The position numbers and the translations under genes are program-made. The notes under the pieces are model-generated. The model did no database searches, was not told the origin of the DNA, and saw only the letters and a program-made list of their open reading frames with translations. From contig CM119372.1 of NCBI GenBank assembly GCA_051294905.1, forward strand, positions 2,668,001-2,732,000: DNA of 64,000 nucleotides. The letters are read 5' to 3'. This DNA comes from Botryllus schlosseri (lineage: Eukaryota). Positions 62,404 to 64,000 of the stretch are shown here, one piece after another (position 1 is the stretch's first letter; each line of letters opens with the position of its first letter).

Positions 62404-63875
62404 GGCAACCCTAATATTCCACCTCCACCAACCCTAATATCCCACCTCCGGCAACACTAATATCCCACCTCCGGCAACCGTAATATCACACCTCCACCAA
62501 CCCTAATATCCCACCTCCACTAACCCTAATATCCCATCTCATCATCATTGGTTTATTATTAGCAATTTTATCAGTTCAATACACCACAAAAAATGCGATA
62601 CAATGAAAAGACAGGAAGATGTCGAAGCGACAAGGAGTAGTCTATGGAATCTGACACCCACCTTGGCCTAGGCGATGTAAAGAGGAGGCATGCACACTGA
62701 ATGAAAGTAAAGAAGATAGTATAGAAAAAGAAAGCGACAAGAAATAGGGCGGCATGTCATGGGAAGCGAGATCGATAGGTCAGTCGTGGTCCGGTAATCT
62801 TGAGGATGGACTGTATTTATTTAGTAGTAATTGCTTGTATTTCGACTTGAATGTGGACATGCTCGTCGACTTTCGGATGGCCGGCGGGATACTGTTCCAC
62901 ACATCAGGTCCGGCATATTTGATAGAGCGATGATCTTTTCGGTCGATCATATGATATTTGGACGACATGGACGCCCGTGTGTTGTACTTGTGCGCTTTTG
63001 ATTCAGAGGTAAAGAAGTCATTGAAATATTCGGGGCAACGACCGCAGTGAAACTGATACATAAACTTGGCGATTTCTAGTTTCCGCATATCTTCTATGTT
63101 TAGGACGCCGAATCTCTTCAGCAGCGACTTATTGGATGGGCAGCCAGGCCCCTTTGGGTCCCTAGCTATGATTCGGAGTACTTTATGCTGTAGTTTCTGC
63201 AGTGGCTTGAGTGCAGTTTTACTGGCAGCCCCCCAACAGAGGATGCCATAATGTAACTTCGATTGGATTAAGGATTTAAATAGTATCAGAAGAACCCATG
63301 CTGGCATGAAGCGCCCAAGGCTGTAGAACAGGCCGCACTTCGGTGATAATTTAGTTTCTACGGACTGAATATGACTCTTCCAGGACATGTTCGAGTCCAG
63401 TAAAACTCCGAGATATTTGGCATTATCTGCGTTGGAAACGGGCTGACCAGCCATATTAACGGTTAGATTATTTTTTGAATTTACTGTCAGCAATTGCGAT
63501 TTCGAGGCGTTTATGCAAAGGTTGTTCTGGGCCGTCCACTCATGGACTTTGGGCATTTGGTTACCCGTCAGGGCATCCAGCTCTGCCGTCGAAGATGCGG
63601 AAGAGAGGAGGTGAGTATCATCAGCGAACAGTGTGGTGTTCAATGAGGAGGTTTCAAAAATGTCGTTGACATATAGGGTGAAAAGGACCGGTCCAAGTAC
63701 CTCCAGCAACCCTAATATCCCACCTCCGGCAACCCTAATATCCCACCTCCGCCAATCATAATATCCCACCTCCGGCAACCCTAATATCCCACCTCCGGCA
63801 ACCCTAATGTCCCCCCACCACCAAACCCCAATATCCCCCCTCCCCCAACCCTAATATCCCACCTCCGACAACCCT
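62404..63875. repeat. 23-bp minisatellite (GGCAACCCTAATATCCCACCTCC) split by a LINE insertion
   Basis: About 6 units at 62404-62540 and about 7 units at 63701-63875. Confidence 0.9.
62541..63700 (-). mobile_element. 5'-truncated CR1/L2-group LINE with intact partial RT ORF (63700-62780)
   Basis: VLGPVLFTLYVND, LFADDT, KYLGVLLD, HKYNTR; 3' UTR ends in a short (TGA)n tail. Confidence 0.9.
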
Positions 63876-63876
63876 A

Positions 63877-64000
63877 CCCAGCAAACACTCGATGTCCAGT
63901 TGACTTCCGGTGGAATTGCCGGCAGGACGTCCGGTAACTTACGGCCGTCACCTCCCTGGAGTGGGTTTGTCGACAACTAGAGACGTCCTGTCTGCCCCCT
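63877..64000. mobile_element. Probable left end of another DNA element (CCCAGCAAACAC...), cut by the window edge
   Basis: Abrupt switch from the minisatellite to a terminus-like sequence with GACGTCC motifs; other end not visible. Confidence 0.35.

Noticed and set aside
63701..63778. N-terminal extension of the 332-aa ORF (MPEVGYYDWRRWDIRVAGG...)
   Set aside because: It is the minisatellite read in frame with the truncated LINE RT, not a real N-terminus.
62404..63875. 23-bp repeats flanking a reverse transcriptase, superficially like a CRISPR/DGR/retron arrangement
   Set aside because: The repeats are tandem without spacers, and the RT is a 5'-truncated eukaryotic LINE with its own 3' UTR and tail.

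Overview
AT-rich, repeat-dense animal genomic DNA with spliceosomal genes. It looks like an invertebrate; a tunicate-like source is plausible but not provable here. Four multi-exon genes can be assembled by hand, all on the minus strand, as two tandem pairs. (1) Two heparan sulfate 3-O-sulfotransferase (HS3ST)-like genes. The copy at 25681-32764 keeps most catalytic/PAPS-binding residues. The copy at 5956-14122 has an intact 391-aa ORF but has lost essentially all of them, so it is a candidate pseudoenzyme. (2) Two paralogous genes (38149-46441 and 50359-55358), only fragmentarily visible in the ORF track, encoding ~220-aa secreted proteins with a shared 22-cysteine framework built from phase-1 exons. 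I cannot assign this family, and it is the best candidate for something undescribed. The rest is mostly transposons: a decayed Ty3/Gypsy (Mag-like) LTR element, more than 20 non-autonomous hAT-type elements with 8-bp TSDs (several nested), palindromic CATAG/CTATAG-ended elements, CR1/L2-group LINE fragments, a Penelope-like fragment and a 23-bp minisatellite.
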